Below are positions 32,713-40,290 of a stretch of 40,290 nt of DNA, in pieces. The translations under genes and the position numbers were made by a program. The notes under the pieces are model-generated. The model searched no databases, was not told the origin of the DNA, and saw only the letters and a program-made list of their open reading frames with translations. The first letter of the stretch is position 1. Each line of letters begins with the position of its first letter. Source of the stretch: Chloroflexota bacterium (GTDB taxonomy: Bacteria > Chloroflexota > UBA6077 > FW602-bin22 > CADDYW01); assembly GCA_050695695.1 (NCBI GenBank), contig JBOGTX010000987.1, positions 1 to 40,290 of the forward strand. Reading direction: 5' to 3'.

Positions 32713-33933
32713 TCAGAGTTGGTACGCCAGCTCGCCGTGTTGAGTGGCATCGAGGCCGGCCAGCTCCTCTTCCTCGGGTACGCGTAAGCCGAACAGTCGG
32801 TCGACGATCTTCAGGATCACGAACGTGGCGGCGGCTGAGTACACCCAGACGGCGCCGACCGCGACGATTTGAATCACGACCTGGGACGGATTTCCGTAGA
32901 GCAATCCGTTCGCGCCGCCCGGGTTCACCGCGACGGTAGCGAACACCCCGGTCAGGATCGCGCCGAGCGTGCCGCCAACCCCGTGGACGCCGAACACGTC
33001 TAGCGCGTAGTCCACCCGCCGGCGAGGCTTCAACGGGACGGCGAAATAGCAGTCGACCCCGGCGATCAACCCGATCAAGATCGAAGCCGGCACCGTGACG
33101 TAACCCGAGGCCGGCGTGATGGCCACCAGCCCGGCCACCGCGCCAGCCGCCGCGCCAAGGACGCTCGGCTGACCCTTGCGCCACCAGCTCATCGTCATCC
33201 AGGTCAGCGCCCCCATCGCGGCCGCCGTGTTGGTGACCACGAAGGCCGAGACCGCGAGCGTTCCGGCGACGATCGCGCTTCCCGCGTTGAATCCGAACCA
33301 GCCAAACCAGAGCAACGATGCCCCGAGGATCGTCATGGTCGCGTCGTGAGGCTCGATCCCTTCTTCGTGCAGTCCAATCCGCTCGCCCAGGACGATCGCC
33401 GCGATCAGCGCCGCGACGCCCGAGCTCACGTGGACCACCGTCCCACCGGCGAAGTCGAGCGCGCCGAGGCTGTGCAGCCAGCCGCCCGATGACCAGACCC
33501 AGTGGGCGATCGGGTCATAGACGAGGGTTGCCCAAATGAGGCTGAAGAAGACGAACGCCTTGAATCGTTTCCGCTCCGCGAAGGCGCCGCTGATCAGGGC
33601 GGGGGTGATGATCGCGAACATCATTTGGAAGAGCATGAAGGCTTCGTGGGGGACCGTCGGGGCGTACACCTTGGACGGCGCCAGGCCAACGCCGTTGAGG
33701 CCGAGCCAATCCAGCCCTCCGATGATGCCCCAGTGGTCCGGACCGAAGGCCAGTGTATAACCCCAGAGCACCCACTGGACGGAGATCAGACAGAGGATGA
33801 AAAAACTATGCATGATGGTGGCGAGCACGTTCTTCCGGCGAACCAGACCACCGTAAAAGAAGCCGAGCGCCGGGGTCATCAGCATGACCAGCGCGCTCGA
33901 CATGAGAATCCAGGAGGTGTCGCCCGAGTTCAT
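32713..33933 (-). CDS. amt: Ammonium transporter Amt
   Basis: The sequence is MNSGDTSWILMSSALVMLMTPALGFFYGGLVRRKNV...GGTVVHVSSGVAAL...HGVGGTLGAILTG.... TTG 33954 is a 7-codon-longer alternative start. Confidence 0.9.
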   Translation of the reverse strand: MNSGDTSWILMSSALVMLMTPALGFFYGGLVRRKNVLATIMHSFFILCLISVQWVLWGYTLAFGPDHWGIIGGLDWLGLNGVGLAPSKVYAPTVPHEAFMLFQMMFAIITPALISGAFAERKRFKAFVFFSLIWATLVYDPIAHWVWSSGGWLHSLGALDFAGGTVVHVSSGVAALIAAIVLGERIGLHEEGIEPHDATMTILGASLLWFGWFGFNAGSAIVAGTLAVSAFVVTNTAAAMGALTWMTMSWWRKGQPSVLGAAAGAVAGLVAITPASGYVTVPASILIGLIAGVDCYFAVPLKPRRRVDYALDVFGVHGVGGTLGAILTGVFATVAVNPGGANGLLYGNPSQVVIQIVAVGAVWVYSAAATFVILKIVDRLFGLRVPEEEELAGLDATQHGELAYQL

Positions 33934-34039
33934 CGCCCCACCGTTGCCGGTCAATCGCGCGGTCCGCCGATGACATGAACGATACCGCTTTCGGGAGTCC
34001 CCGCACTATGGCGCCCGGCCACAAGAGGCCCCGGTGGGA

Positions 34040-34058
34040 TTTGTGCGCCGGGCACAAA
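34040..34058. promoter_or_regulatory. Palindromic candidate operator between amt and the SDR operon
   Basis: TTTGTGC-GCCGG-GCACAAA has 7-bp perfect arms. Confidence 0.35.
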
Positions 34059-34149
34059 CGCCGTGGAGCGAGTGGTCCGAATGACCTCGCCAGGGGTGGC
34101 CGATCAGCCTGCCTGATCGGCGCGATCATCCGTTGCCGAATGGGTGGCC

Positions 34150-34179
34150 TTGACCCTCGGCGACCTCGCGTGGTAGACT
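34150..34179 (+). promoter_or_regulatory. Sigma70-like promoter with extended -10 for the SDR operon
   Basis: TTGACC (34150..34155), an 18-nt spacer ending in TGg, then TAGACT (34174..34179). Confidence 0.45.
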
Positions 34180-34224
34180 GCCGCCGCTCCGGGCGACCGA
34201 ATCGGAGCCAGGGAGGTCAGGAAG

Positions 34225-35061
34225 ATGGATGCCTCGGCAAAGCCATTCGCGGGCAAGATAACCTGGATCACCGGCTCCTCGCGCGGCCTCGGACGGTCGA
34301 TCGCCGATCACCTGGCGAGCCTCGGGAGCACCGTCGTCGTCCACGGCACGACCCCGACGTCGTCTCGCGCCTTCAACGAGGCGGACTCGCTGGAGGCGGT
34401 CGCTCGGTCGATCGCTGACGCTCACCAGGCCGAGGCATTGCCGGTCCACGGCGACCTGTCCGATCCGGCGGCGGTGCGACGAGTGGTGGGCGAGATCCGA
34501 TCGCGGCTGGGCAGAATCGACCTGCTGGTGAACTGCGCCGGTGGCGACATTGGCGCGGCCGGGACGTCCGGACCTGGCGGTGGCAAGCCGCGAGAGAACG
34601 ACGCGGTCTTCGTCTCGCTCGAGGACATGAAGACGGTGCTCGATCGAAACCTCATGTCCTGCATTCTGACTTGCCGGGAAGTGGCGCCGGAGATGATCCA
34701 GCGCCGGGCCGGGCGGATCGTCAACTTCGGCAGCACCTCTGGCACTTCGGGGCACGCGTCGGAGGTGATCTACGCCACGGCGAAGGCCGCGGTTGCCGAG
34801 TACTCGCGCTGCCTCGCCGCCCAGTTGCGAGAGTACGACGTCACGGTGAACGTCGTCTCGCCCGGCCCGACGGTGACGCCGCGATTTCTGGCAAGTCGCC
34901 CGATCGATCAGGAGATGATGGTCAAGGGCGGAACGCTGCTCCGCTACGGTCAGGCGAGCGAGATCGCCAGCACTGTCGAGTTTCTCCTGTCGCCGGGCGC
35001 CTCCTTCATCTCCGGCCAGGTGCTGAGGGTGGACGGCGGTCGTCAACTGTGGCCGGCCTAG
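34225..35061 (+). CDS. SDR-family oxidoreductase (FabG-like)
   Basis: It has ITGSSRGLGRSIA, NCAG, and the catalytic YATAKAAV. It is 278 aa long. Confidence 0.85.
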   Translation: MDASAKPFAGKITWITGSSRGLGRSIADHLASLGSTVVVHGTTPTSSRAFNEADSLEAVARSIADAHQAEALPVHGDLSDPAAVRRVVGEIRSRLGRIDLLVNCAGGDIGAAGTSGPGGGKPRENDAVFVSLEDMKTVLDRNLMSCILTCREVAPEMIQRRAGRIVNFGSTSGTSGHASEVIYATAKAAVAEYSRCLAAQLREYDVTVNVVSPGPTVTPRFLASRPIDQEMMVKGGTLLRYGQASEIASTVEFLLSPGASFISGQVLRVDGGRQLWPA

Positions 35062-36188
35062 ATTTCGTTCTTCGCTGCCGCGACTGCGGAGCGATTGCCG
35101 AGCCAACCGAGTGGCGATGCCGGTCATGCGAAGGGTTGCTTCGCCTGGAGTGGCGCGGCGCGGCTCCGGAGCCAGGGATCGACCCTACCGGGCGTGGAGT
35201 CTGGCGCTATCGGCCGCTGCTGCCCACGGTGGGGGCATCGAGCATCGTCACCCTGGGCGAGGGCGCGACGCCGATCGTTTGGATCGGCCGCTGGGCCGCG
35301 GCGCACCGGCTGGATCGGGTTGGCGTGAAGCTCGAGTACCTGAACCCAACCGGTTCCTTCAAAGACCGCGGCATGACGGTGCTGGTTTCGCACGCCTGCT
35401 CCCTCGGCCTTGGGCGGTTGATCGAGGACTCGTCGGGGAATGCCGGGGCGAGTGTCGCGGCGTACGCCGCGCGGGCTGGCCTGGAGGTCACGATCTACGT
35501 ACCGTCGGGGGCACCGGCCGCGAAGCGCGCCCAGATCGCGCGGGTTGGCGCGACGGTCGTGCCGATCGAGGGATCGCGCCAGGCGGTCACCCAGGCGGCG
35601 CTGGCCGAGGTCGCCCACTCGGGCGCCTATTACGCTGGCCACAACGCGAATCCCTTTTTCGTGGCCGGTATGACGACCTTCGCCTACGAGCTAATCGAGG
35701 AGCTCGCCGGGTCGCCGCCCCGCCACCTGGTGATCCCCACCGGAGGCGGCTCGCTTTGCGTTGGCTGCTTCGACGGCTTTCGGCGCTGGTTCGGCGAGGC
35801 GGAGGGAGAGCGGCGCTGCCCGAAGATTCACGCTATCCAGAGTAGCGCCTGCGCGCCGCTGGTCGCGGCCTTCGAGCGGGGGCTGGACCGTGTTCCGCCG
35901 ATTGCCCGTCGAAAAACCATCGCCGGTGGAATCGAGGTCGAGCGACCGCCGCGGGACCACGAGATCCTTCAGGCGATCCGTCGAACCGAAGGATCAGCCG
36001 TCGCGGTCGACGACGCGGAGATTCTCAGCCAGCGGCGACTCCTCGCCGAGACCGAGGGCATCGACGTCGAGCCGACGACCGCCGCGGCCTTCGCCGGTCT
36101 GGCGCGCCTGGCGAAGACCGGCGTTATCGCTCCGGACGAATTGGTGATCGTGGCGGCGACCGGCGCGGGCTGGAAGGATCCGGGGTAG
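35049..36188 (+). CDS. thrC: Threonine-synthase-family PLP enzyme with an N-terminal zinc ribbon
   Basis: It has CRDCG...CRSC, then NPTGSFKDRG (PLP lysine) and SSGNAG. The start is inferred as GTG 35049, overlapping the SDR gene by 13 nt. The genomic context is not a threonine operon. Confidence 0.7.
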   Translation: MAGLDFVLRCRDCGAIAEPTEWRCRSCEGLLRLEWRGAAPEPGIDPTGRGVWRYRPLLPTVGASSIVTLGEGATPIVWIGRWAAAHRLDRVGVKLEYLNPTGSFKDRGMTVLVSHACSLGLGRLIEDSSGNAGASVAAYAARAGLEVTIYVPSGAPAAKRAQIARVGATVVPIEGSRQAVTQAALAEVAHSGAYYAGHNANPFFVAGMTTFAYELIEELAGSPPRHLVIPTGGGSLCVGCFDGFRRWFGEAEGERRCPKIHAIQSSACAPLVAAFERGLDRVPPIARRKTIAGGIEVERPPRDHEILQAIRRTEGSAVAVDDAEILSQRRLLAETEGIDVEPTTAAAFAGLARLAKTGVIAPDELVIVAATGAGWKDPG

Positions 36189-36218
36189 GCGGATCAGCCG
36201 GCGGTTCGGGCGCGAGTT

Positions 36219-36227
36219 TGCTACAAT
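36219..36227 (+). promoter_or_regulatory. Extended -10 promoter element (TGcTACAAT)
   Basis: It lies ~40 nt upstream of the DUF362 ATG. Confidence 0.4.
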
Positions 36228-36268
36228 GGGCGGCGAAGGGACTGGGTTTCAGCCTTTGGGAGGATATC

Positions 36269-37489
36269 ATGGTCAGGCCAGTCGTCGCGCTCACCCGTTG
36301 CCAGCACGACCGCTCGAATGCCGAGGTCGAAGCGGCGGTTCGCGAGACGGTGGCGCTCGCGGGCGGCGTCCCCGAGCGGGTGGCGCGGGCGAGGACGATT
36401 TTGATCAAGCCGAACTACGTCGGCGCGAACTCGAAGCCGAACGAAGCCGCGATTCGCAAGCACGCCGGGCGCTTCGTCAGTTGCGCCGAGCCGTCGGTGA
36501 CTCGGGCGGTGGTCCGAATGGTGCGCGAGGCCAATCCAAAGGCCGAGATCGTGTTCGCCGAGGGCGTCGACGCCCAGGCGCCGCGGACCGCCAGCGACGT
36601 CTTCGGCTGGCTGGACGCCCTTCGGCTGGTCGACGAGTTCGGGGTCCGGCTGATCAACGGGAACGAGGGTGAGATCGTGTCGGTACCGGTCCCGGGCGGC
36701 GGGCTGATTCACCGCGCGGTGTACCTCAATCGTGAGGTCGCCAGCGTGGACGCGGTCGTCTCGGTGGCGAAGCTCAAGGCGCACGGCACCGCGGGCGTCA
36801 CGATGAGCGTCAAGAACATGTTCGGGATCCTGCCCTTCCACCGCTACGGCTCGACCTTTCGCAACTTCATGCACACCAACTATTTCCGGCTGATGCGTAT
36901 CGTCGTGGATGTCGCGACGACGCTGCGACCGGACCTCGCGGTCGTCGACGGGCTGATCGCGTCTAACCACGGCATGGACCACGACCCGGTCGAGCTGAAC
37001 GTTCTGCTGGCGGGCCACGATCCGGTCGCCACCGACGCGGTCGGCGCGGCGGTCATGGGATTCGATCCGCACGCGGACTTCCCGATCGAGCCGTTCGTCG
37101 TCTCGGAAAACCACCTGCGCCTGGCGGCGAAGGCGGGGGTTGGCACGCTCGACTTGCCCGGTACCGAGGTGCGGGGCGTCGCGATCGCCGAGGTGGCGCG
37201 CCGTTTCAGCATCCAGACCGAGATGGAAGTGACGACCGAGCAGGCGATCGGAGCGCGGGCCGCCGCGATCGCGCAGGCCGGGGTGTTTCGGGCGCGCCGC
37301 GCGGAGCTGCTGCGCGAATACGCCGGACAGTACATCTACCTGCGGAACGGCGACGTCGAATGGTCCAGCCCCAACCTGGCCGAGGCGGCCAATCGGGCGA
37401 TCCAACAGCTTCCGCGCGGCGAATACGGCCTGGCGATCCAGGTGCTGCCCGAGGCCGAGGAGATCGAAAAGACCGCGGCGTACGGGTAA
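36269..37489 (+). CDS. DUF362-domain protein with a ~100-aa C-terminal extension
   Basis: ATG 36269 follows GGGAGGA. The sequence is ...ILIKPNYVGAN...VSVAKLKAHGTAGVTMSVKNMFGILP...LLAGHDPVATDAVGAAVMGFDP. Confidence 0.75.
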   Translation: MVRPVVALTRCQHDRSNAEVEAAVRETVALAGGVPERVARARTILIKPNYVGANSKPNEAAIRKHAGRFVSCAEPSVTRAVVRMVREANPKAEIVFAEGVDAQAPRTASDVFGWLDALRLVDEFGVRLINGNEGEIVSVPVPGGGLIHRAVYLNREVASVDAVVSVAKLKAHGTAGVTMSVKNMFGILPFHRYGSTFRNFMHTNYFRLMRIVVDVATTLRPDLAVVDGLIASNHGMDHDPVELNVLLAGHDPVATDAVGAAVMGFDPHADFPIEPFVVSENHLRLAAKAGVGTLDLPGTEVRGVAIAEVARRFSIQTEMEVTTEQAIGARAAAIAQAGVFRARRAELLREYAGQYIYLRNGDVEWSSPNLAEAANRAIQQLPRGEYGLAIQVLPEAEEIEKTAAYG

Positions 37490-37493
37490 GTGA

Positions 37494-37745
37494 CATGAAG
37501 CATCCCGAATTTCCTATGTGGCGGGCCGAGGAGACCTCTCTCCCGACCTCTTCTCTACCCTCTAACCCCCTTCTCCAGGGGGAACCTTCGGCGCGGGGAG
37601 AGGAGCGACCAAGAGAGATCCTCCTTTGGTCGCCCCCGCTCTCTCCGCGCTCGGCGTGTGAACGCCCCGGCGTCTGGGATAAAGAGCGGGAGGGGGTGAG
37701 AGGGGTTCCCTCGACGCGGCGCGAAAAAAGTCGGGATGCTTCATG
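37494..37745. mobile_element. MITE-like non-coding element with 15-bp perfect terminal inverted repeats
   Basis: The inverted repeats are CATGAAGCATCCCGA (37494..37508) and TCGGGATGCTTCATG (37731..37745). The left arm is CT-rich and the right arm is GA-rich. Internal hairpins include GCGACCAA/TTGGTCGC (37605..37612 and 37626..37633). No credible ORF is present. Confidence 0.55.
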
Positions 37746-37770
37746 AATTTCCAAAGTAGGAGAACCATTC

Positions 37771-38784
37771 GTGCCGATTTTGCTGGCACAATACGGCACC
37801 AAGCACGGGCACGCCGCGGGCAAGGCCCGGGCGATCCAGACCAACCCGCAAACCTCGCTGGCGGGCATCTACGAGCCGGATGCGGAGGTCCGGACCGAGG
37901 CCGAGCGAAGCGAAGCCTACCGAGGAGTCCACTGGTACCGCACCCGCGACGAGATGCTGGGTGACGCGCGCGTTCAAGCTATCGCGATCGAGGGCCAGAA
38001 CGGCGAGAGCCTGGCGATGGCGAGCGAAGCGCTCGACGCCGGCAAGCACCTCTGGTACGACAAGCCGGCCGGCGACGATTGGCCGGCCTTCGAGAGCCTG
38101 GTCGCCCGGGCGCGCTCGGGCTCGCGGATCCTGCAGATGGGCTACATGTTCCGCTACCACGCGGGGTTTCGTCAGATCGCGGAATGGGTGAAGTCGGGGC
38201 GGCTCGGCGACGTGTTTTCGGTACGCGCTCACATGTCGACCTGGATCCCGGTCCAGGGACGCAACGGTCGCGAGGCGATTGCCCGGCACACCGGTGGCAT
38301 CTTCTACGATCTGGCCGGACACATGCTCGATCAGATCGTCTGGTTGTGCGGCCGGCCCCGACGGATGCAGTCGTTTTTCCGCAACGACGCTACGCCGATG
38401 GTTCCCGCTTTCGCGGATAATACGCTGGGCGTCTTCGAATTCGAGCGCGCGATGGCCCTGGTCGACATCGCGGCAATGGAAGCGCGCCCGATGGCGCGTC
38501 GGTTCGAGGTGTACGGAACCCGGGGAACGGCGCTGCTGGAGCCGTTCGAGCCGGCGCCGGCGCTCTGGCTCTGCCTCGACGAGGCACGCGAAGGCTACGC
38601 CGCCGGTCAGCAGGCGATCCCGCTGGACCGTCAGCCGCGCCAGACGCTTTACGACCGCGAGCTCGCCGCCTTCGTCGCCACCTTGAACGGCGACCAGCCA
38701 CCCGACCGCGACCTCGACCACGAGCGACTGGTCCAGGAGACGCTGCTGCGGGCGACTGGCGGTATCCCTGGCTCCGGCGAGTAG
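37771..38784 (+). CDS. Gfo/Idh/MocA-family oxidoreductase
   Basis: GTG 37771 lies 7 nt after AGGAGA. The sequence ...VQAIAIEGQNGESLAMASEALDAGKHLWYDKP...GYMFRYHAGF... has the typical fold order. Confidence 0.75.
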   Translation: MPILLAQYGTKHGHAAGKARAIQTNPQTSLAGIYEPDAEVRTEAERSEAYRGVHWYRTRDEMLGDARVQAIAIEGQNGESLAMASEALDAGKHLWYDKPAGDDWPAFESLVARARSGSRILQMGYMFRYHAGFRQIAEWVKSGRLGDVFSVRAHMSTWIPVQGRNGREAIARHTGGIFYDLAGHMLDQIVWLCGRPRRMQSFFRNDATPMVPAFADNTLGVFEFERAMALVDIAAMEARPMARRFEVYGTRGTALLEPFEPAPALWLCLDEAREGYAAGQQAIPLDRQPRQTLYDRELAAFVATLNGDQPPDRDLDHERLVQETLLRATGGIPGSGE

Positions 38785-38813
38785 CGGACGTCGGCGACGA
38801 AAGGACACGATCG

Positions 38814-39509
38814 ATGCGAGTTACGGCACACGGCGACCAGTTGATTCAGCTTACCCGGCTCCCGCTGGTGTTTCCGGTCAACTGCTACCTCGTCGTCGAG
38901 GCTGATGGATTCACCTTGATCGATACCGCGATCGGGGGAAGCGGGCTCGACATCCTGGCCGCGGCGAAGCGGGGCGGCCGGCCCATCGTCCGGATCGCGC
39001 TGACCCACGCGCACGGCGATCACGTGGGCTCGCTCGACCAGCTCCACCAGCTTCTCCCAGCCGCCGAGGTGCTGATCAGCGGCCGCGATGCCCGGCTGCT
39101 GGCCGGCGACCGGAGCCTGGATGCCGACGAGCCGCAGTCGAAGATCCGCGGTCAATTCCTGAACCTGGCGACGCGCCCGACGCGCACGCTCTTCCCGGGC
39201 GACCGGGTTGGCTCGCTCGAGGTGATTGCCAGCCCCGGCCACACGCCCGGCCACGTCGCGTTCCTGGACACGCGAGATCGGACGCTGATTGCCGGCGACG
39301 CCTTCCAGACCCGCGGAGGCATCGCCGTGGCCGGGGTCGTGCGTCCGCTCTTTCCGTTTCCGGCGATGGGGACCTGGGACCGGCCCACGTCGGTGGCGAG
39401 CGCGCGCGCCCTGCGCGACCTCGCGCCAACCCGCCTCGCGGTTGGCCACGGCGCAGTGCTGGTCGACCCGCTGGCGGCGATGGGCCGCGCGATCGCCGCG
39501 GCCAAATGA
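38814..39509 (+). CDS. MBL-fold metallo-hydrolase
   Basis: It has the zinc motif THAHGDHVG, with PGHTPGH downstream. Confidence 0.85.
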   Translation: MRVTAHGDQLIQLTRLPLVFPVNCYLVVEADGFTLIDTAIGGSGLDILAAAKRGGRPIVRIALTHAHGDHVGSLDQLHQLLPAAEVLISGRDARLLAGDRSLDADEPQSKIRGQFLNLATRPTRTLFPGDRVGSLEVIASPGHTPGHVAFLDTRDRTLIAGDAFQTRGGIAVAGVVRPLFPFPAMGTWDRPTSVASARALRDLAPTRLAVGHGAVLVDPLAAMGRAIAAAK

Positions 39510-39528
39510 TTCAGCGTTGCCGATCGCG

Positions 39529-40290
39529 CTAGCGCGTCGGCGGAAACGGCGGCCCCTGATCCGGCGGGATCAGTAGCTTGTAGTCGTCGGTACCGCGGCG
39601 CTCCTTGAAGTCGGCCCACGCCTGACGGCGCAGCTCCGCGCTGGTCAGCAGGTCGAGCGCGGTGCAGGCGAGAGCCTTCGCCGCCACCGCGCCGCCCTTC
39701 TCGCCGATGCTCGTCCCGGTGCAGGCAGTGATCTGCCAACTGTGGCCGGGGGAGCCGTTGGCCTGGGTCGCCGCGCGCAGGTGACCGACCGGCGCGAACC
39801 AGCTCACGTCCCCGATGTCGGTCGAGCCCTTCACCAGTCGCGGCTCGGTCGGGACCGACTCGACCTCGTCGTACAACGCCGGTCCCTCCGGGGCGTCGGG
39901 AATCGTTTCGCGGATCCGGGTGGCGAAGGCGCGCTCCTCGTCGTCGAATCCGGGTGGCCCGACGAGCCGCAGGTTGCGATCGACCGCGTCGGCCAGGACG
40001 CGATTCGGGACTTGCTCGTGGCAGTCGGTGTCGATCGACCATTCGACGCGGGTCTGGGTCATCATCGCCGCGCCCTGGGCGATTTTGGTGACCCAGGCGA
40101 AGTACTCGTCGACGTCGCCATGCTTGTCGGCGCGCACGTAGTACCAGACGCTCGCGGTCGGCGGCACGACGTTCGGCTGGATCCCACCGTTGGTGACGAC
40201 GTAGTGGATCCGCGCGTCTTCCTTGATGTGCTCGCGCATGTAGTTAACCCCGACGTTCATCAGCTCGACGCCGTCGAGGGCGCTGCGGCC
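39529..40290 (-). CDS. M20-family amidohydrolase (AbgB-like). The N-terminal part lies beyond the window edge.
   Basis: The frame is open to position 40290 (...GRSALDGVELMNVGVNYMREHIKEDARIHYVVTNGGIQPNVVPPTASVWYYVRA...). This is collinear with the C-terminal two-thirds of M20D amidohydrolases. Confidence 0.75.
   Translation of the reverse strand, partial: GRSALDGVELMNVGVNYMREHIKEDARIHYVVTNGGIQPNVVPPTASVWYYVRADKHGDVDEYFAWVTKIAQGAAMMTQTRVEWSIDTDCHEQVPNRVLADAVDRNLRLVGPPGFDDEERAFATRIRETIPDAPEGPALYDEVESVPTEPRLVKGSTDIGDVSWFAPVGHLRAATQANGSPGHSWQITACTGTSIGEKGGAVAAKALACTALDLLTSAELRRQAWADFKERRGTDDYKLLIPPDQGPPFPPTR

Noticed and set aside
37360-37868. ORFs run through the MITE-like element: 37360..37746(+), 37206..37868(-) and 37562..37789(-).
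   Set aside because: The translations are low-complexity products of CT/GA-rich repeat arms. They have no SD and no coding-like third-position bias.
34126-38808. Minus-strand ORFs 34126..35127, 36221..37405 and 37741..38808, and the plus-strand extension 34671..35048, are present in the track.
   Set aside because: They are shadows or out-of-frame read-throughs of the SDR, ThrC-like, DUF362 and Gfo/Idh/MocA genes. No motifs are present and the composition is Arg-rich.
1-40290. I searched for tRNA, rRNA, CRISPR arrays, transposases, integrases and phage or defence genes.
   Set aside because: I recognised none by eye in any intergenic region or ORF translation. Small structured RNAs cannot be excluded without covariance-model scans.

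Overview
This is a GC-rich bacterial chromosomal segment, roughly two-thirds G+C by eye. Gene content suggests a Chloroflexota/Thermomicrobia-like organism, but that is inference only. The suggestive features are a GT-C glycosyltransferase with C-terminal beta-sandwich repeats, a Thr/Pro-rich secreted protein, cdaA-cdaR, der-plsY and glcDEF. I can support about 45 protein-coding genes, mostly housekeeping or metabolic. They include a selD fragment, a membrane SUOX-type molybdoenzyme with moeA, and a tightly packed argF-TPR-cdaA-cdaR-der-plsY array. They also include NIPSNAP-arginase, gcvH-mobA, glcDEF, a GH1 beta-glucosidase, larE, amt, and an SDR/ThrC-like/DUF362/Gfo-Idh-MocA/MBL/M20 block. 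I recognised no rRNA, tRNA, CRISPR array, transposase or integrase, and no obvious defence island. The observations most worth a second look are listed here. (1) selD carries an in-frame TGA (selenocysteine), so the ORF track misses it, and its leader is promoter-plus-terminator-like. (2) A 26-codon hydrophobic micro-ORF with a good SD sits 25 nt behind amt, where glnK usually sits. (3) A four-gene operon of unknown function ends in a CorA-fold protein that lacks the GMN signature. (4) A 252-bp MITE-like element with 15-bp perfect terminal inverted repeats shares its core with a palindrome embedded in frame inside the glycosyltransferase gene. (5) Several strong leader or intergenic structures occur, including phased CRCGAAA repeats, a 16-bp perfect hairpin, and palindromes at divergent promoters. 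(6) Extended -10 boxes (TGnTAnnAT) recur. All functional calls rest on my reading of the translated sequences. No database search was run.
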